DNA from: Macrostomum lignano
Lineage: Eukaryota
Direction: 5' to 3'
NCBI GenBank assembly: GCA_002269645.1
Contig: NIVC01000962.1
Span: 186,001 to 250,000 of the forward strand
DNA length: 64,000 nucleotides
Program-made: the position numbers and the translations under genes
Notes under the pieces: generated by a model
What the model was told of the DNA's origin: nothing
The model's input: the letters and a program-made list of their open reading frames with translations, nothing else
The model's database searches: none
Shown here: piece by piece, positions 12,609 to 25,830 of the stretch
Layout: every line of letters begins with the position of its first letter
How positions within the stretch are numbered: the stretch's first letter is position 1

Positions 12609-13906
12609 TCAAGGGTCATAATGCAGTGAGTCAAGTATTACACTCTCATGCAGGGGTCATAATGCAGTGAGTCAAGTATTACAGCCTCCTCTGGTAATAT
12701 TTATAAACGACAGCTGACAGACTATAAATAGCTTGGCTAGAAGAAATTTATTTAGAAAAAAATAATCATTTGTCGTACACAAAAAAAGATGTTTTTAGGC
12801 GGGTGCGTGTCGAGTTCTGCCAAATAAACAAAAACATTATTCTAAAAACAGGCACAACTGAAGTTATGCTCCGGAGAACGCACAGCACTGAATGGGCTTT
12901 TGCCATAGACAAACTGGACACCACTAGCACTGAACGCTCTGGCGACACCATTCAACTGTTCATACCGATTGACACAAAAGTTGAAAAGAGAAGCCTTATT
13001 GAGATCAACAAGTTGCAGTGAAGGTGCAAAATGAAATAATAAAATAAAATTATGGAATGTGTATAAAAACTGATTTCAGGCCTAATATATTTTTAGAAAA
13101 ATATGAGTAAAAATCTGAAATATGATGGCCCGATTGTTTGCCCAAATAGGGGAGCTTAAAAATCCAATAGCATGGACTACAGTTGTTCATTAAGCTAGGA
13201 AAATTATTGTAGAACTTATGGAATATTGTCATTCAGAATCAACAGCTCCTGCCCTAGGGAAAAATAAAATGCATAGAAATAACAGCAACAGACACGATGG
13301 TAATATTGACAGGAAGAAGAGCTCCGATAATTAATTTAAAACGATTTTAACAGAATACGGGTGTTGCCACTTCAACTGAGATCGCTGCATCCGAGGGTCA
13401 TTACTAGAAAGAAGAGCTATTATTGTATTCGTAACTTTAATAGGGTAGCGATTGAAATATTGAGATTGATTTTTATTAAGTTTTGAGTTAGTAATGCCGC
13501 GTGTGCGTACAGTCCGAATGTACATAGCTCAGATTACATCTTCAATGTACATGACAAAAATGAATATCTTAGCTGTTTCTAAAAATAGCACAGTATGCAC
13601 CCTAGGTGTACATACACCCTGTTTCTAAAAATAGCAACCTTGGGTGTAAACTACACCGTTGCTAAAAATAGCATTGTGTGCATCTTGGGTGTACACTTAT
13701 CCCGTTTCTAAAAATAGCCCAGAGTACACTCTGACTGTAATTTCCTTCCGCCGCTATAAGTCAAATGTTAATATTCACACCACCTCTAAAGCCAAACGAC
13801 GGGCAGGAGCGACACGCGCAGGGCGCGGCAATTAGCGAGTCAGTCGAACCGAATGGCAGTCACGAAAAGACACAAGGAAACAGTAACTGGCACAGAGAAA
13901 AATCAT

Positions 13907-14158
13907 TTAAGCGACTTGACGCTGCACCTTGGACACGAAGCCCCAGGAGCTGACGACGCCGCGGTGGCGGTAGCTGGTGGTGATCCGCGCCAGCCAGCCA
14001 GGCTGCCAGCCTGTGGCATCGGCGGCGCCCAGCACTCCGCCAAAAATGTCGCGCAGACGGTCGGCTGGCAGGGGATCGGCGGGGTCGCTGTGCACCAGCA
14101 CCTGCAGCCTGTTAGCTGACGCGAACTCGCGCAGCCGACTGGGAGCTGTGCAGGCAGC
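13907..14158 (-). CDS. GCLM: GCLM exon 3 (terminal)
   Basis: Acceptor ATCGCCAG; AACTAPSRLREFASANRLQVLVHSDPADPL...WQPGWLARITTSYRHRGVVSSWGF matches the GCLM C-terminus (human recalled as DLTAFAKQFDIQLLTHNDP...WVPLWLLRYSVIVKSRGIIKSKGY); phase 0. Confidence 0.92.
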   Translation of the reverse strand, partial: AACTAPSRLREFASANRLQVLVHSDPADPLPADRLRDIFGGVLGAADATGWQPGWLARITTSYRHRGVVSSWGFVSKVQRQVA

Positions 14159-14271
14159 CTGGCGATTGATTGATGATGTGGAAAAGCTGAGATGAGTTAA
14201 CAGAGCCAAAAAAATTGTAAAAAATGTAAAATCCAACCTAAAACGTGAAAGACCGATAAAAATGGGCTCCA

Positions 14272-14500
14272 TTCCAGGAAATCAGATGCGAATCGAATAC
14301 CATTCCAGGAAATCAGACGAGAATCGAATGCCATTCCAGGAAATCAGATGCGACTCAATACCATTCCAAGAAATCAGATGCGAATCGAATACCATTCCAA
14401 GAAATCAGATGCGAATCGAATACCATTCCAGGAAATCAGAAGATGTGAATCGAATACCATTCCAGGAAATCAGACGAATCGAATGCCATTCCAGGAAATT
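14272..14500. repeat. 31-bp tandem repeat in GCLM intron 2
   Basis: CCATTCCAGGAAATCAGATGCGAATCGAATA, about 7 copies. Confidence 0.9.
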
Positions 14501-14591
14501 ACATTAAATTACAGGAAATGGGATTACAACTAAACCACATTCTAAGAAACGAGATGCCACCAGGACCAGCAGCAGCTGTCCCAAGCTTCAC

Positions 14592-15056
14592 CTGAGCAGA
14601 CAGCTGGTAGATGCTGGGCTTTTCCGCCGCCCAGTCGTACAGCTGCTCCAGCAGGTCGGAATCCACATCGGCGAGGCCCAGACTGCCAACAACATCGGCA
14701 GCCCGGAGCTCCTCCAACTCCGCCCAGATCGGCTTGACTTCATCCAGCAGCGGTGGCTGCGGGCCGGAGCTGACGAGGCTCAGCACAACGCCGTCGCAGT
14801 CTTCAGCTGCCAGGCTGGCCAGCGCAGTTTCCACGGCGTCGCTGACGGCGCCGCGCCAGTAGGTGTCGATGTACACCGTCAGCTTGATATAGATGCGCAG
14901 CTCTTCCCGATCATCCAGCATGGCTTGGCGCTGCGCCATGTCCAGCTGCTTCTGGGCTGGGCAGGTCACCCGCAGCTGATCAGTGTACTGCAGCGAGTGC
15001 TGCTCTGTCTGAGCATTCAGCCAGCCATTGAACAAGCAGCGGATGCTGTCCAGTAT
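14592..15056 (-). CDS. GCLM: GCLM exon 2
   Basis: Acceptor ATCGATCAG, donor CAG|GTGAAG; contains DDREELRIYIKL, KPIWAELEEL and LGLADVDSDLLEQLYDWAAEKPS, typical of the AKR-like GCLM fold; 155 codons, phase 0. Confidence 0.93.
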
Positions 15057-15983
15057 CTGATCGATTGATGGGCCACATATTTAGAGTATTATAAGCAACA
15101 TTTAGACAATATAATCTTGAATAAATATCCTCAATGATGCGATGATGAGGCTATTTACTTTATAAATATAAAACAAAGGTGGCCTTTACACTAGAAAATT
15201 CAGGCATATTTTTGCCTCTCACTAAGAATTTTGGCATATACTTGGCATATCGAATTTTTTGGTTCAACATTGGCTAATAAAATTGGTATACAGTTAGGGT
15301 TTGGCATATCTAGTATATAGCAAAAAAAGTTTATAGAGTTCAGTAAATTCTTTTGTTTCCAAAAAAATCTATTGTAAAAAAGTTGACATACAAGCAACTT
15401 TAATTTATTTGATATAATTTTTTCAAATTTATATCAGCATATAATTGAAGAAACTTGAGTTTTCATTCTAGCAAATGCCTAGCATAATATATAGACTAAG
15501 TTTAGGGCAGAGATTATAGTTTTAAGCAAATATTTAAATTAATACCTTAATATACTTTAGCTTAAACTAAATAAAAAGTACAAATACTTAATTCAATAAT
15601 TTGCTTTCATCACTAATAAATCAAGTTTAACAAGTATTAAACAAGCATAAAACAATTATGGGCAATCCTCTAGTCTAGTGTGTTTAATCCTAATCCTCTA
15701 AACTAGAGGATTGCCTAATTATGTTTATAAAAAACTTTTAAGTTAATAAAATTCAATTAGGAGTGATAAAACGGAAATTCTCTTTTAGTTTATTTTTTTA
15801 ACAGCAACACATTGCATTGGTTATGCAATAAAATATTTAACACTGATTTTCTCTTTCAAAATTTGCCTTATGAGAAAAGCCCATACATATAAGCTATCTA
15901 CAAATGCCAGTCAACGAAAAATTTGTTAGACATCCCAGTAAATTGCATGACTAAAAACTCAAAATTTAACTCAGCGTTCATAC

Positions 15984-16100
15984 CTCCTCACTTGCTGGCA
16001 AAGCCGTCAAAGGTCTCTTTTTCAGACGGTTCCAATTAAGAATGTTTCCTGTCTCAAACACGATAGAGCGACACTTTGGAAGAATGGGAATGTCATTCAT
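15984..16100 (-). CDS. GCLM: GCLM exon 1 (not in the ORF track)
   Basis: MNDIPILPKCRSIVFETGNILNWNRLKKRPLTALPASEE then GTATGA donor; TGNILNWNRLKK matches GCLM TGNLLNWGRLRKK; total CDS 277 aa. Confidence 0.92.
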
Positions 16101-17164
16101 ATTTGTTACTAATGTTTTTTAACCCACTTTTCTTGATATAAGTCAATCTTATTTAAAGAAGTTCAACAAGAGACAAAGTGCCACCGAGCAGCTAACTGCT
16201 AGCGCCTAGACGGATTAGATGTTCATGTTCGTAGAAATTTTTCCTTTTAAATAGTTTTACCCCAAGAATTTAGGTAAAACAAAAGTTTTTTGTAGCAGCA
16301 ATTTTTGCTTTAAAGTTTTTCTAAAAATTAAAACAATTTTTGTAACAGTTATAAAAATAAATTTGAAATTTGACAAACTTATGAAGAAACATATTATTTG
16401 ACCTCGTAACTAATTTGTCCCCTGTGTCGGCAGGAGATTTCGTTTATTTCTATTCCAGCAAGATTTTATGTCAAGATGTGTTGGTTTTAATCAAATAGAT
16501 ATTCGCCCTGAAAGTCCTTATGTGAGGAGAATTTTTTATTGTATAAATAACGAGCATATTATTTCTCTGTATTTCGCTCGTATTATCATAACTATAGCAT
16601 TGCTGTAAGTAAAGACGTTGCCACTAGGTATAGAACTAAATCGGACAAACAAACAAAAAGGTACCAACTTGACAGTTCAGCTACGGTATATTCACAACAG
16701 ACTATTTACAGCTATTAAGAGCAATTTGCTTAGAAAAACAAAAATAATGCAGTACTCGTATATTTTCAGCTAAGTTATATTTGCCCAAGATAATCTTACT
16801 GCGTTAGAAGTTTCAGCAAAGTTGAGCATAAGTTAATCCAATTCATAAAGTCTCAAAGGCGACTAATATGAAGCCTTCTCGCGCTAAAAAGCTGATTATT
16901 TCTGGATTAGTATAAAGCCAAAGAGCAAATTGCTGTGTAGCTCCCGCGACGACCTCTGGATTAAGTTAATTAAGTACGAGGTATATTGTAACACGATCGG
17001 GATAAAAATAGCTTTAGCAGCTCGAGAAAGAAAGCACAAAAGATTTGGCTCACGGATCACACTCCACTACTCCTGTGGCATCACTCAAAAATTGGAATGG
17101 GTATGTGATTGTGAAGCCGCAAATTCATTTACAGACAGACATTGTACAGTCGAGTTGATATATT

Positions 17165-17760
17165 GCATAGAGATAGAGATTGCATAGAGATAGAGATTGC
17201 ATAGAGATAGAGATTGCATAGAGATAGAGATTGCATAGAGATAGAGATTGCATAGAGATAGAGGTTGCATAAGAGATTGCATAGAGATGGAGATTGCATA
17301 GAGATAGAGATTGCATAGAGATAGAGATTGCATAGAGATAGAGATTGCATAGAGATAGAGATTGCATAGAGATAGAGATTGCATAGAGATAGAGATTGCA
17401 TAGAGATAGAGGTTGCATAAGAGATTGCATAGAGATGGAGATTGCATAGAGATAGAGATTGCATAGAGATAGAGATTGCATAGAGATAGAGATTGCATAG
17501 AGATAGAGATTGCATAGAGATAGAGATTGCATAGAGATAGAGATTGCATAGAGATAGAGATTGCATAGAGATAGAGATTGCATAGAGATAGAGATTGCAT
17601 AGAGATAGAGATTGCATAGAGATAGAGATTGCATAGAGATAGAGATTGCATAGAGATAGAGATTGCATAGAGATAGAGATTGCATAGAGATAGAGATTGC
17701 ATAGAGATAGAGATTGCATAGAGATAGAGATTGCATAGAGATAGAGATTGCATAGAGATT
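17165..17760. repeat. 17-bp minisatellite (GCATAGAGATAGAGATT)n
   Basis: Visible array. Confidence 0.95.
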
Positions 17761-18311
17761 AAGATGAGCCAGACCAAGGCTGAAATCTCTGGCATCCCAG
17801 AGCCAGCTGCCTTCGGTGTTGAGTAACGCAGACCCAATAATGATCTGCATCCATTTCCTCAAGTCCCCAGTGCTCATGTTCCTCAATTTTATCAAAAAAA
17901 TCAGCGCAATGCGAAGGCCTGTGCACTAAAGATTCAGGCCGGTTCACATGATGAAGTACTCATCGGTACTACAGCTTATAAATATGAGGGTTTTTGAGTA
18001 TGCGATCCCATTTAAGAATAACTGAGCGCCCAGGATATCTGGAGTAGAAGTCCATAGCACGAAACTGCAACAGGAAAGGAGACACGAGAGGGGGAAATCG
18101 AAGCACGAGCTGACAGCAGCTCGATTCGATTGTCTGGGAGGGGGGGGCGGACTTGGGAATAATGAATGGCATTCGGCTTGTAATCAAATTGATTATGAAA
18201 TCGATTCCGGGCCTCGGATAATTTCTGCTGAAAGTGAAATTTAATTTTGCGAATAAAAGCTGCCGACCGTCTGTGCGCAGCGGACGCGCAGATTGGAGCT
18301 TCAGGAGCTTC

Positions 18312-18845
18312 TGACAGTCTGACATCCCAACAGTCTGACAGTCTGACATCCCAACAGTCTGACAGTCTGACAGTCTGACATCCAAAGAGTCTGACAGTCT
18401 GACAGTCTGACATCCCAACAGTCTGACAGTCCGACAGTCTGACAGTCTGACATCCAAACAGTCTGACAGTCTGACAGCCCAACAGTCTAACAGTCCGACA
18501 GTCTGACATTCTGACAGTCTGACATTCTGACCGTCTGACATTCTGACATTCTGACATTCTGACAGTCTGATATTCTGACAGTCTGACATTCTGACAGTCT
18601 GACATTCTGACAGTCTGACAGTCTGACATTCTGACAGTCTGACATTCTGACAGTCTGACATTCTGACAGTCTGACATTCTGACAGTCTGACATTCTGACA
18701 GTCTGACATTCTGACAGTCTGACATTCTGACAGTCTGACATTCTGACAGTCTGACATTCTGACAGTCTGACATTCTGACAGTCTGACATTCTGACAGTCT
18801 GACATTCTGACAGTCTGACATTCTGACAGTCTGACATTCTGACAT
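18312..18845. repeat. 8/16-bp repeat (TCTGACAG/TCTGACAT)n
   Basis: Visible array. Confidence 0.93.
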
Positions 18846-19309
18846 ACTTCAGGCTGAGTTAGATAAACATTTAGGATTAGGAAATAGCAGTTAGTTAGTG
18901 CTTTGCATCGAGCAATCAGGGTCAACTTTCGGAGGTAGTTGAGTTACTGACTGATTGGCTGATGAAGCTGGATACCAGTGCAGCTTTCGGTTTTCGGAAT
19001 CTGGTTGCCGGCCTGAACTTTGAACTTTCAGAAAATTAGTAGGAAAACAATTAAAGCAAATAAAGCTATTGAAGCATGGCTTGAAGTTGACGGCTTGAAT
19101 GACATCTTTACTTTAAGCCGAATATGCAGTCACTTCTGTTTTATTTCTCATTTATTTGAGCATCTTGATCCAGGTTCACTGAGATTGCAGGAATTTCTAC
19201 TTTCAGTTCTGTCTGTCTGGTTGGTGAAGGTTCCTGTGAAATAAAACAAAGGAATAGTTGGGATGTACACTTTCACGACTCTAATGTACACTGCAAAGAC
19301 TAGTGTAGG

Positions 19310-19625
19310 GCTCTAATGACCAATGTATGACTCAAATGACTAATGCATGGCGCTAATGACCAATGCATGATTCTAATGACCATGGCATGACTCTAATGAC
19401 CAATGCATGACTCTAATGACCAATGCATGACTCTAATGACCAATGCATGACTCTAATGACCAATTCATGACTCTAATGACCCATGCGTGACGCTAATGAC
19501 CGATGTATGACTCTAATGACCAATGCGTGACTCTAATGACTATAATGACTAATGCATGACTCTAATGACCAACGCGTGACTCTAATGACCAATGCGTGAC
19601 TCTAATGGCCAATAAATGACTCTAA
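19310..19625. repeat. 20-bp repeat (CTCTAATGACCAATGCATGA)n
   Basis: Visible array just downstream of the GPCR stop codon. Confidence 0.9.
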
Positions 19626-19757
19626 AGACCACTTTATGACTAAAATAACTAATGTCAGACTTTATAATGACTTTAAGGAGAAATATCGGGCTGTAGTGTC
19701 CACTTCCCCGGCTGCAATTTACACCTTTTGGACCCATTCCTACATCCGTCGTGAGCA

Positions 19758-20378
19758 TCAAGAAGCCGCACACCTCGCCGAGTTCGTCCGCTGCAGCCGC
19801 TTGGCTCCCTGCCCGCTGCCGACTGCAGCCTTCCTGACTGTCAGGTGACTTCCATCGCCGGTGGGCGCTCCGAGGGCGCGGCCGTGGGTCCTCAGAGCCG
19901 GCGACTCCGGCTGCCTGCAGCGGCATCGCAGCAGCCTCCAGCAGTGCCGCCTGTACTCCGAGCTGATGCAGAACAGGCAGCAAGGATTCACAACACTGTT
20001 GGCGTACCCCAGCACCAGGGTGCCGAACTGGATGAGGTACATCCGCTTGCTGGTCTCGCCATCGTTGGACTCATCCTCACCCATGTGCAGCCACAGGGTG
20101 AGACCGTGGTGCGGGCCCCAGCAGATCAGGAAAGCCGCCAGCAGAGCCAAAAACAGCCGAGCCGTCTGCAGCCTGCGGCACTGCCGATCAGCCTGCTGCG
20201 AGCTGCACGACAAAAATTTTAGCGACTTTTTTAAAGCACGAATGCTCAAGCCGCAGAAGGTGGCCATGGCAGCGGCGGGCACCAGGTAGAAGCAGATTAG
20301 CAGCGCCACCGTGTAGCTGCGCTTCAGCACCTTGTCGCCGTCTTCGTTACACACTTGCAGCATGAAGATGCCCATCAC
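19758..20378 (-). CDS. Class A peptide GPCR exon 2 (ECL2, TM5-TM7, C-tail)
   Basis: Acceptor CCCGCGCAG; TM5 FYLVP, TM6 AFLICWGPHH, TM7 GYANSVVNPCCLF; phase 0 join to exon 1. Confidence 0.93.
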   Translation of the reverse strand: MMGIFMLQVCNEDGDKVLKRSYTVALLICFYLVPAAAMATFCGLSIRALKKSLKFLSCSSQQADRQCRRLQTARLFLALLAAFLICWGPHHGLTLWLHMGEDESNDGETSKRMYLIQFGTLVLGYANSVVNPCCLFCISSEYRRHCWRLLRCRCRQPESPALRTHGRALGAPTGDGSHLTVRKAAVGSGQGAKRLQRTNSARCAAS

Positions 20379-20399
20379 CTGCGCGGGTGGGGGAGTTTA

Positions 20400-21020
20400 G
20401 TATGCTCAGGCACTGTACTCACGTATGCTCACTGTGCTGACCTATGCTCACTGTGCTCACCTATGCTCACCGTGCTCACCTATGTTCACTGTGCTCACCT
20501 ATGCTCACTGTGCTCACCTATGCTCACTGTGCTCACCAATGCTCACTGTGCTCACCTATGCTTACTGTGCTCACCTGTGCTCACTGTGCTCACCTATGCT
20601 CACCGTGCTCACCTATGCTCACTGTGCTCACCTATGCTCACTGTGCTCACCTATGCTCACTGTGCTCACCTATGCTCACTGTGCTCACCAATGCTCACTG
20701 TGCTCACCAATGCTCACTGTGCTCACCTATGCTTACTGTGCTCACCTATGCTCACTGTGCTCACCTGTGCTCACTGTGCTCACCTGTGCTCACTGTACTC
20801 ACCTGTGCTCACTGTGCTCACCTATGCTCACTGTGCTCACCTGTGCTCACTGTGCTCATCTGTGCTCACCTATGCTCACCTGTGCTCACTGTGCTCACTG
20901 TGCTCACCTATGCTCACTGTGCTCACCTGTGCTCACTGTACTCACCTATGCTCACCTATGCTCACTGTGCTCACCTGTGCTTACCTGTGCTCACCTGTGC
21001 TCACCTATTCTCACTGTTTC
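20400..21020. repeat. 19-bp repeat (TGCTCACTGTGCTCACCTA)n filling the GPCR intron
   Basis: Occupies nearly all of intron 20379-21046. Confidence 0.95.
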
Positions 21021-21046
21021 CACCTAGGCTCAGACACAATACGCAC

Positions 21047-21832
21047 CTGTTCTACTCTGTAGCGATGCGACACGAGGTTCGGGCAGCACAGCAGCACAGA
21101 CAGGAGCCACACGCAGGCAATCCAGATGCCAATCCGTCGGCCAGTGATGGACGCCCTGGCTTGGATGGGATGGCAGATCACCAAGTAGCGATACAGAGCC
21201 ACCGAAGCCTGCGACCAGATGCTCACGGACATGAGACCGCCTTGGACAAACGGCACCAGCTTGCACATGACTCCGTCATAGCGCCAGTCGTACACCAGGA
21301 TGAGCTGGGCCGAGTATGGTGCGCACACCATCAGCACCAGGATGTCAGCGATGGCCAGGTTCAGCATGAAGGCGTTCTTCCTGGTTCGCATGCTGCCGAC
21401 CAGGGCCACAGAGCAGACAATCAAGGCGTTCGCGGCCACCCCGAAGGCTAGAAGCAGAAGACCTGCCGCGGTCAGAGCCGGACTGGGCTTGAACCGACGC
21501 TTGTTGAATGGCAGCACCGCTTCCCAAGATTCGTAGCACTTGACCAGCACCTGGGCCAGCTCTAGCTCCTGCCGCTTCGCATCTGCCGCACTTGTCAGGC
21601 AGGCATTCCTGGCCGCTGGCACCTGCGGCACAGCCTCGGTGAAATAGTCCACGAACTCGGCTACGGACACCGACCGAGTGGACTGCGGCGACAGGACCAA
21701 GGAGGTGTTCTGGAACGCTGGCAGTAGCCACTGGCAGCATAGCCAGTCCTGGGGTGTCCTGGAGTTTTTAGGGGTGCTTGCGGTTTGGTTTTGATTGAAA
21801 CTTGAGTATATTGGGGGTGATTTTTTCATCAT
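21047..21832 (-). CDS. Class A peptide GPCR exon 1 (N-terminus, TM1-TM4); bombesin/CCHamide/galanin-like
   Basis: TM1 GVAANALI, TM2 NLAIADILVLMVCAP, TM3 CKLVPFVQ...ALYRY, TM4 CVWLLS; donor CAG|GTGCGT. The true start is uncertain because there is a possible acceptor AAAACTCCAG near 21760. Confidence 0.9.
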
Positions 21833-21944
21833 GGCTTTGAGTTTGTTGCTTTGGGATAGAACATAGAAGTATATATTTTATGGCCTAGTACAATAAATAT
21901 ACTTAGGACTTGTGGCATGAGGGTAGGCGTGACTCTATGGCCTA

Positions 21945-22260
21945 GGGTATAGAGGTTTTGAGTTTATGGCATAGGGGTAAAGGTTTTGATTTTATGGTCT
22001 AGAGGTAGAGGTTTTGAGTTTATGGCGTGGGTAAAGGTTTTGAGTTTATGGTCTAGAGGTAGAGGTTTTGAGTTTATGGCATAGGGGTAGAGGTTTTGAG
22101 TCTATAGGCCTAGGGGTAGAGGTTTTGAGTCTATGGGCCTAGGGGTAGAGGTTTTGAGTCTATAGGCCTAGGGGTAGAGGTTTTGAGTTTATGGCATAGG
22201 AGTAGAGGGTTTGAGTTTATGGCCTAGGGATGGATGTTTGCATTCTATTGCTTGGGGTAG
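21945..22260. repeat. 28-bp repeat (GAGGTTTTGAGTTTATGGCCTAGGGGTA)n
   Basis: Visible array upstream of the GPCR. Confidence 0.88.
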
Positions 22261-24239
22261 AGGCCACAGTGTAAGGCTTATGAATGAAGGCTTGCATAGT
22301 TTCTTAGCACTTCTTTTAATAAACTAATTGTTTGGCCGCCAAAGTTCTTGCCTGGGCCAAATTTAAAGTGAGTCGCCAACTCAAGCTTAAGCCGCAATGC
22401 CCAGCACGAATCTCCTCAGAGACAACTCTGATAATTACAAGTTTTTTCTGACTGTCTGCTTTTAGAGGCTTGTGTAGAACTTCACGCTTCAATCAACGGA
22501 TTACTCACAGTCGCTGCAGCGCCTCTATCATGTTGAGTTTGGCTTCGAGAATGTCTGAGAGAATTTCTTCTGGCTTCTTCTAGAAGAAAAATTTATCTAA
22601 CAAGAAATTTTGGGGAGGATGGTTCGACTGCTGCAGAAATAGTGTTTCTCAGGACTGCGAACTCTGCTCTGCCGCGATTGGTCAATGTGAGCCAAGGACG
22701 TCTAGAACCAGGATCTGAAGTGCAGCCAACTCTTCCGCGAAAATCTTCATTTCAAATTTTGCATCACCTTCCGATTATTCGAACCTGTTTTTACAAGCTT
22801 GCTGCCATTTCAGAGCTAAAGTCTCAAAAACAAATTCAAAGATAAAGTCTCTTGTCGCATTGTCGCGGCTTTCTTAATCGTTTCTTCAGTTCATCTGCAC
22901 TCGTCATCTGTTTACTGTTTTCTCTCCCTCTGTCCAGTTCAATCTTGTAAAAAATAAGATAGTCAATTGTACATAGAAGTGAGGCTCAAGGCCCAAGCGG
23001 GTATATTTATGTCATAAACTAGGGGGGGGGGAGTGCAAGATAAGATAAGGAGGAGGGGTGAAGTGCGCGACTAAGGCAAGAGGCGAGATTGAAGAGCCAA
23101 TCAGAAGGCAGCGAGGGAGAGAGATAAGACTAACAAGACTGAACTGGACAAAGGGATGAGAAAACAGAGTAAACAGAGACGAGTGCAGATGAACTGAAGA
23201 AACGACAAAATGTCGCGACGTCATTTTACGCTTTTAAACTTACTTGGACCAACATTACTTGGAATGCTACACTAAACGTCAGAGCAACTTGAAAACTGAA
23301 AATCGACAATTCATGCATCAAAGCATTTTAACGTCTGTAGTTTGAAAAGTATAAAAACTAATGCGCATTATCAAAACTCGAACTAGGACAAGATTTTCGA
23401 GTTTTCTGTTGGGGTAAACTAAAAAACTGCAGTCAGAGTTATCGAGATGGTATCCCAGACTCCCAGTTCTGACCCCATTAGTCAGAGCCGGCTTACTCAC
23501 CCTGATTAATTGCTGAGCTTTAATCCAGCTAACAGCAGGAGAGCTGAGCACAGCAACTGAAAATCTGACCATGTAGACGTCGGATTACATTACACCAAGA
23601 TAATTAAAACGTATCCGCCAGGAGACGCTGATTGCAGAGCTGCTCCGTTCTTAAGTCTTCTTTGAGCGTATTTAAGAGTCTGCAATCATTCAGGCTATGT
23701 CGGGCAGTCTGCAGGCTAATTAACTGTGGGCCACTAATCAGCTGCGAAGGTGTGCAGTCAGCCGCAAATGGTAAAATCAGGCTTGAAATAAAAAAAACTG
23801 CGTAGAGCTTGAGATTTTAATTTTTCTTTCCGGAATTATTATAACGACGTTCGACAATATGCTGCTTCATTCAGTCAGAATTGTGAGGGCCATTTAACCA
23901 AGAAGTGGAGGCTAAACCACTTGTGGGACAAATGGAATAAATTAGATAATTACTTTCGATTGAATGGGTTATAAAACTGCTTGCTTATTTCTCGACCCAT
24001 TTCTATCTCCCCATTGAATTTGGCTGAACCTCTGAAAATTCTACCTTGCCAGACAAAAGCGATAGAGCAGCTCGCCTGGTGGTCAATCATGGTTTGATTC
24101 GCCGATCCCAACCTCCCAGGAGATGCCAGCTCTCAGTGTCAGTACGAGCTAAAATGGCACATTAACTCTCAAGACCTGGAGGTAGAGGGACAAGACCCAA
24201 GAGTCTAAGGGGCTTGATCTTGAACAATATCCGTCTATC

Positions 24240-24798
<559 letters not shown>

Positions 24799-25427
24799 CA
24801 ACCCAGAGCCGGAATTGAATCGGTTTTCCGATTTTCCAGTACAATTATCTCCAAGAGAGCAATTGTCGCCAGTTCGCCGCAGGGCTTTGAGTCGGCAGAA
24901 AATAATTGGCTCGGCCTGCCTTTCAAACCGTCTGCTTTGCGGAAGAAGAAATCCAGGCAAGATATTATGTCAGAAAAGTTCTGAATCAGAGTTAAATTTG
25001 AATGGGTTTCACCTGCGGCTTTTAGATCTTCCTCGTGAATTAAAAGGCAATTTGAGACAATTAACTTCAACGTTGCAATTATACTTATTAGATTTTTTCC
25101 AAGAAACAAACAGGCAAAACGAAGTCGACATTTTAATTCTAACAGAAATTAAAAATTGAATACTATTTATTTTGTGCATCCTACTCACTTTACAGTTGTT
25201 AGTAGTCTATATCAAATGTTAAATTATTTTTTCTCGTAGCTCGTAGAATAGATATCGATCGGCGCTTGCGTGACTTTAATATGGGAAAAATAGGAGTCGC
25301 CTAGAAATTCCTAGAAATGGCCCGCAACTTCCGGGAATTCGGTTGGCCCTCCTCTATTAAAAAGCAAGAATTTTAAATTCAACGCCGCTTTTTTATACTT
25401 ATGCCATTTCAATTAATGGGGTTTTAG

Positions 25428-25830
25428 CACCAGAGGCGCCAGCACCAGAGGCGCCAGCACCAGAGGCGCCAGCACCAGAGGCGCCAGCACCAGAGGCGCC
25501 AGCACCAGAGGCGCCAGCACCAGAGGCGCCAGCACCAGAGGCGCCAGCACCAGAGGCGCCAGCACCAGAGGCGCCAGCACCAGAGGCGCCAGCACCAGAG
25601 GCGCCAGCACCAGAGGCGCCAGCACCAGAGGCGCCAGCACCAGAGGCGCCAGCACCAGAGGCGCCAGCACCAGAGGCGCCAGCACCAGAGGCGCCAGCAC
25701 CAGAGGCGCCAGCACCAGAGGCGCCAGCACCAGAGGCGCCAGCACCAGAGGCGCCAGCACCAGAGGCGCCAGCACCAGAGGCGCCAGCACCAGAGGCGCC
25801 AGCACCAGAGGCGCCAGCACCAGAGGCGCT
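25428..25830. repeat. Homogeneous 15-bp repeat (AGCACCAGAGGCGCC)n
   Basis: About 27 identical copies. Confidence 0.97.

Noticed and set aside
13570-13737. Four GTTTCTAAAAATAGC motifs as a MITE
   Set aside because: No TIR pair or TSD could be identified
17759-17947. Short minus-strand ORF as the GCLM first exon
   Set aside because: The true first exon with the TGNILNW motif is at 15984-16100
16100-19758. GPCR-GCLM operon or read-through fusion
   Set aside because: The 3.6-kb repeat-filled gap and GCLM's own complete N-terminus give no sequence support
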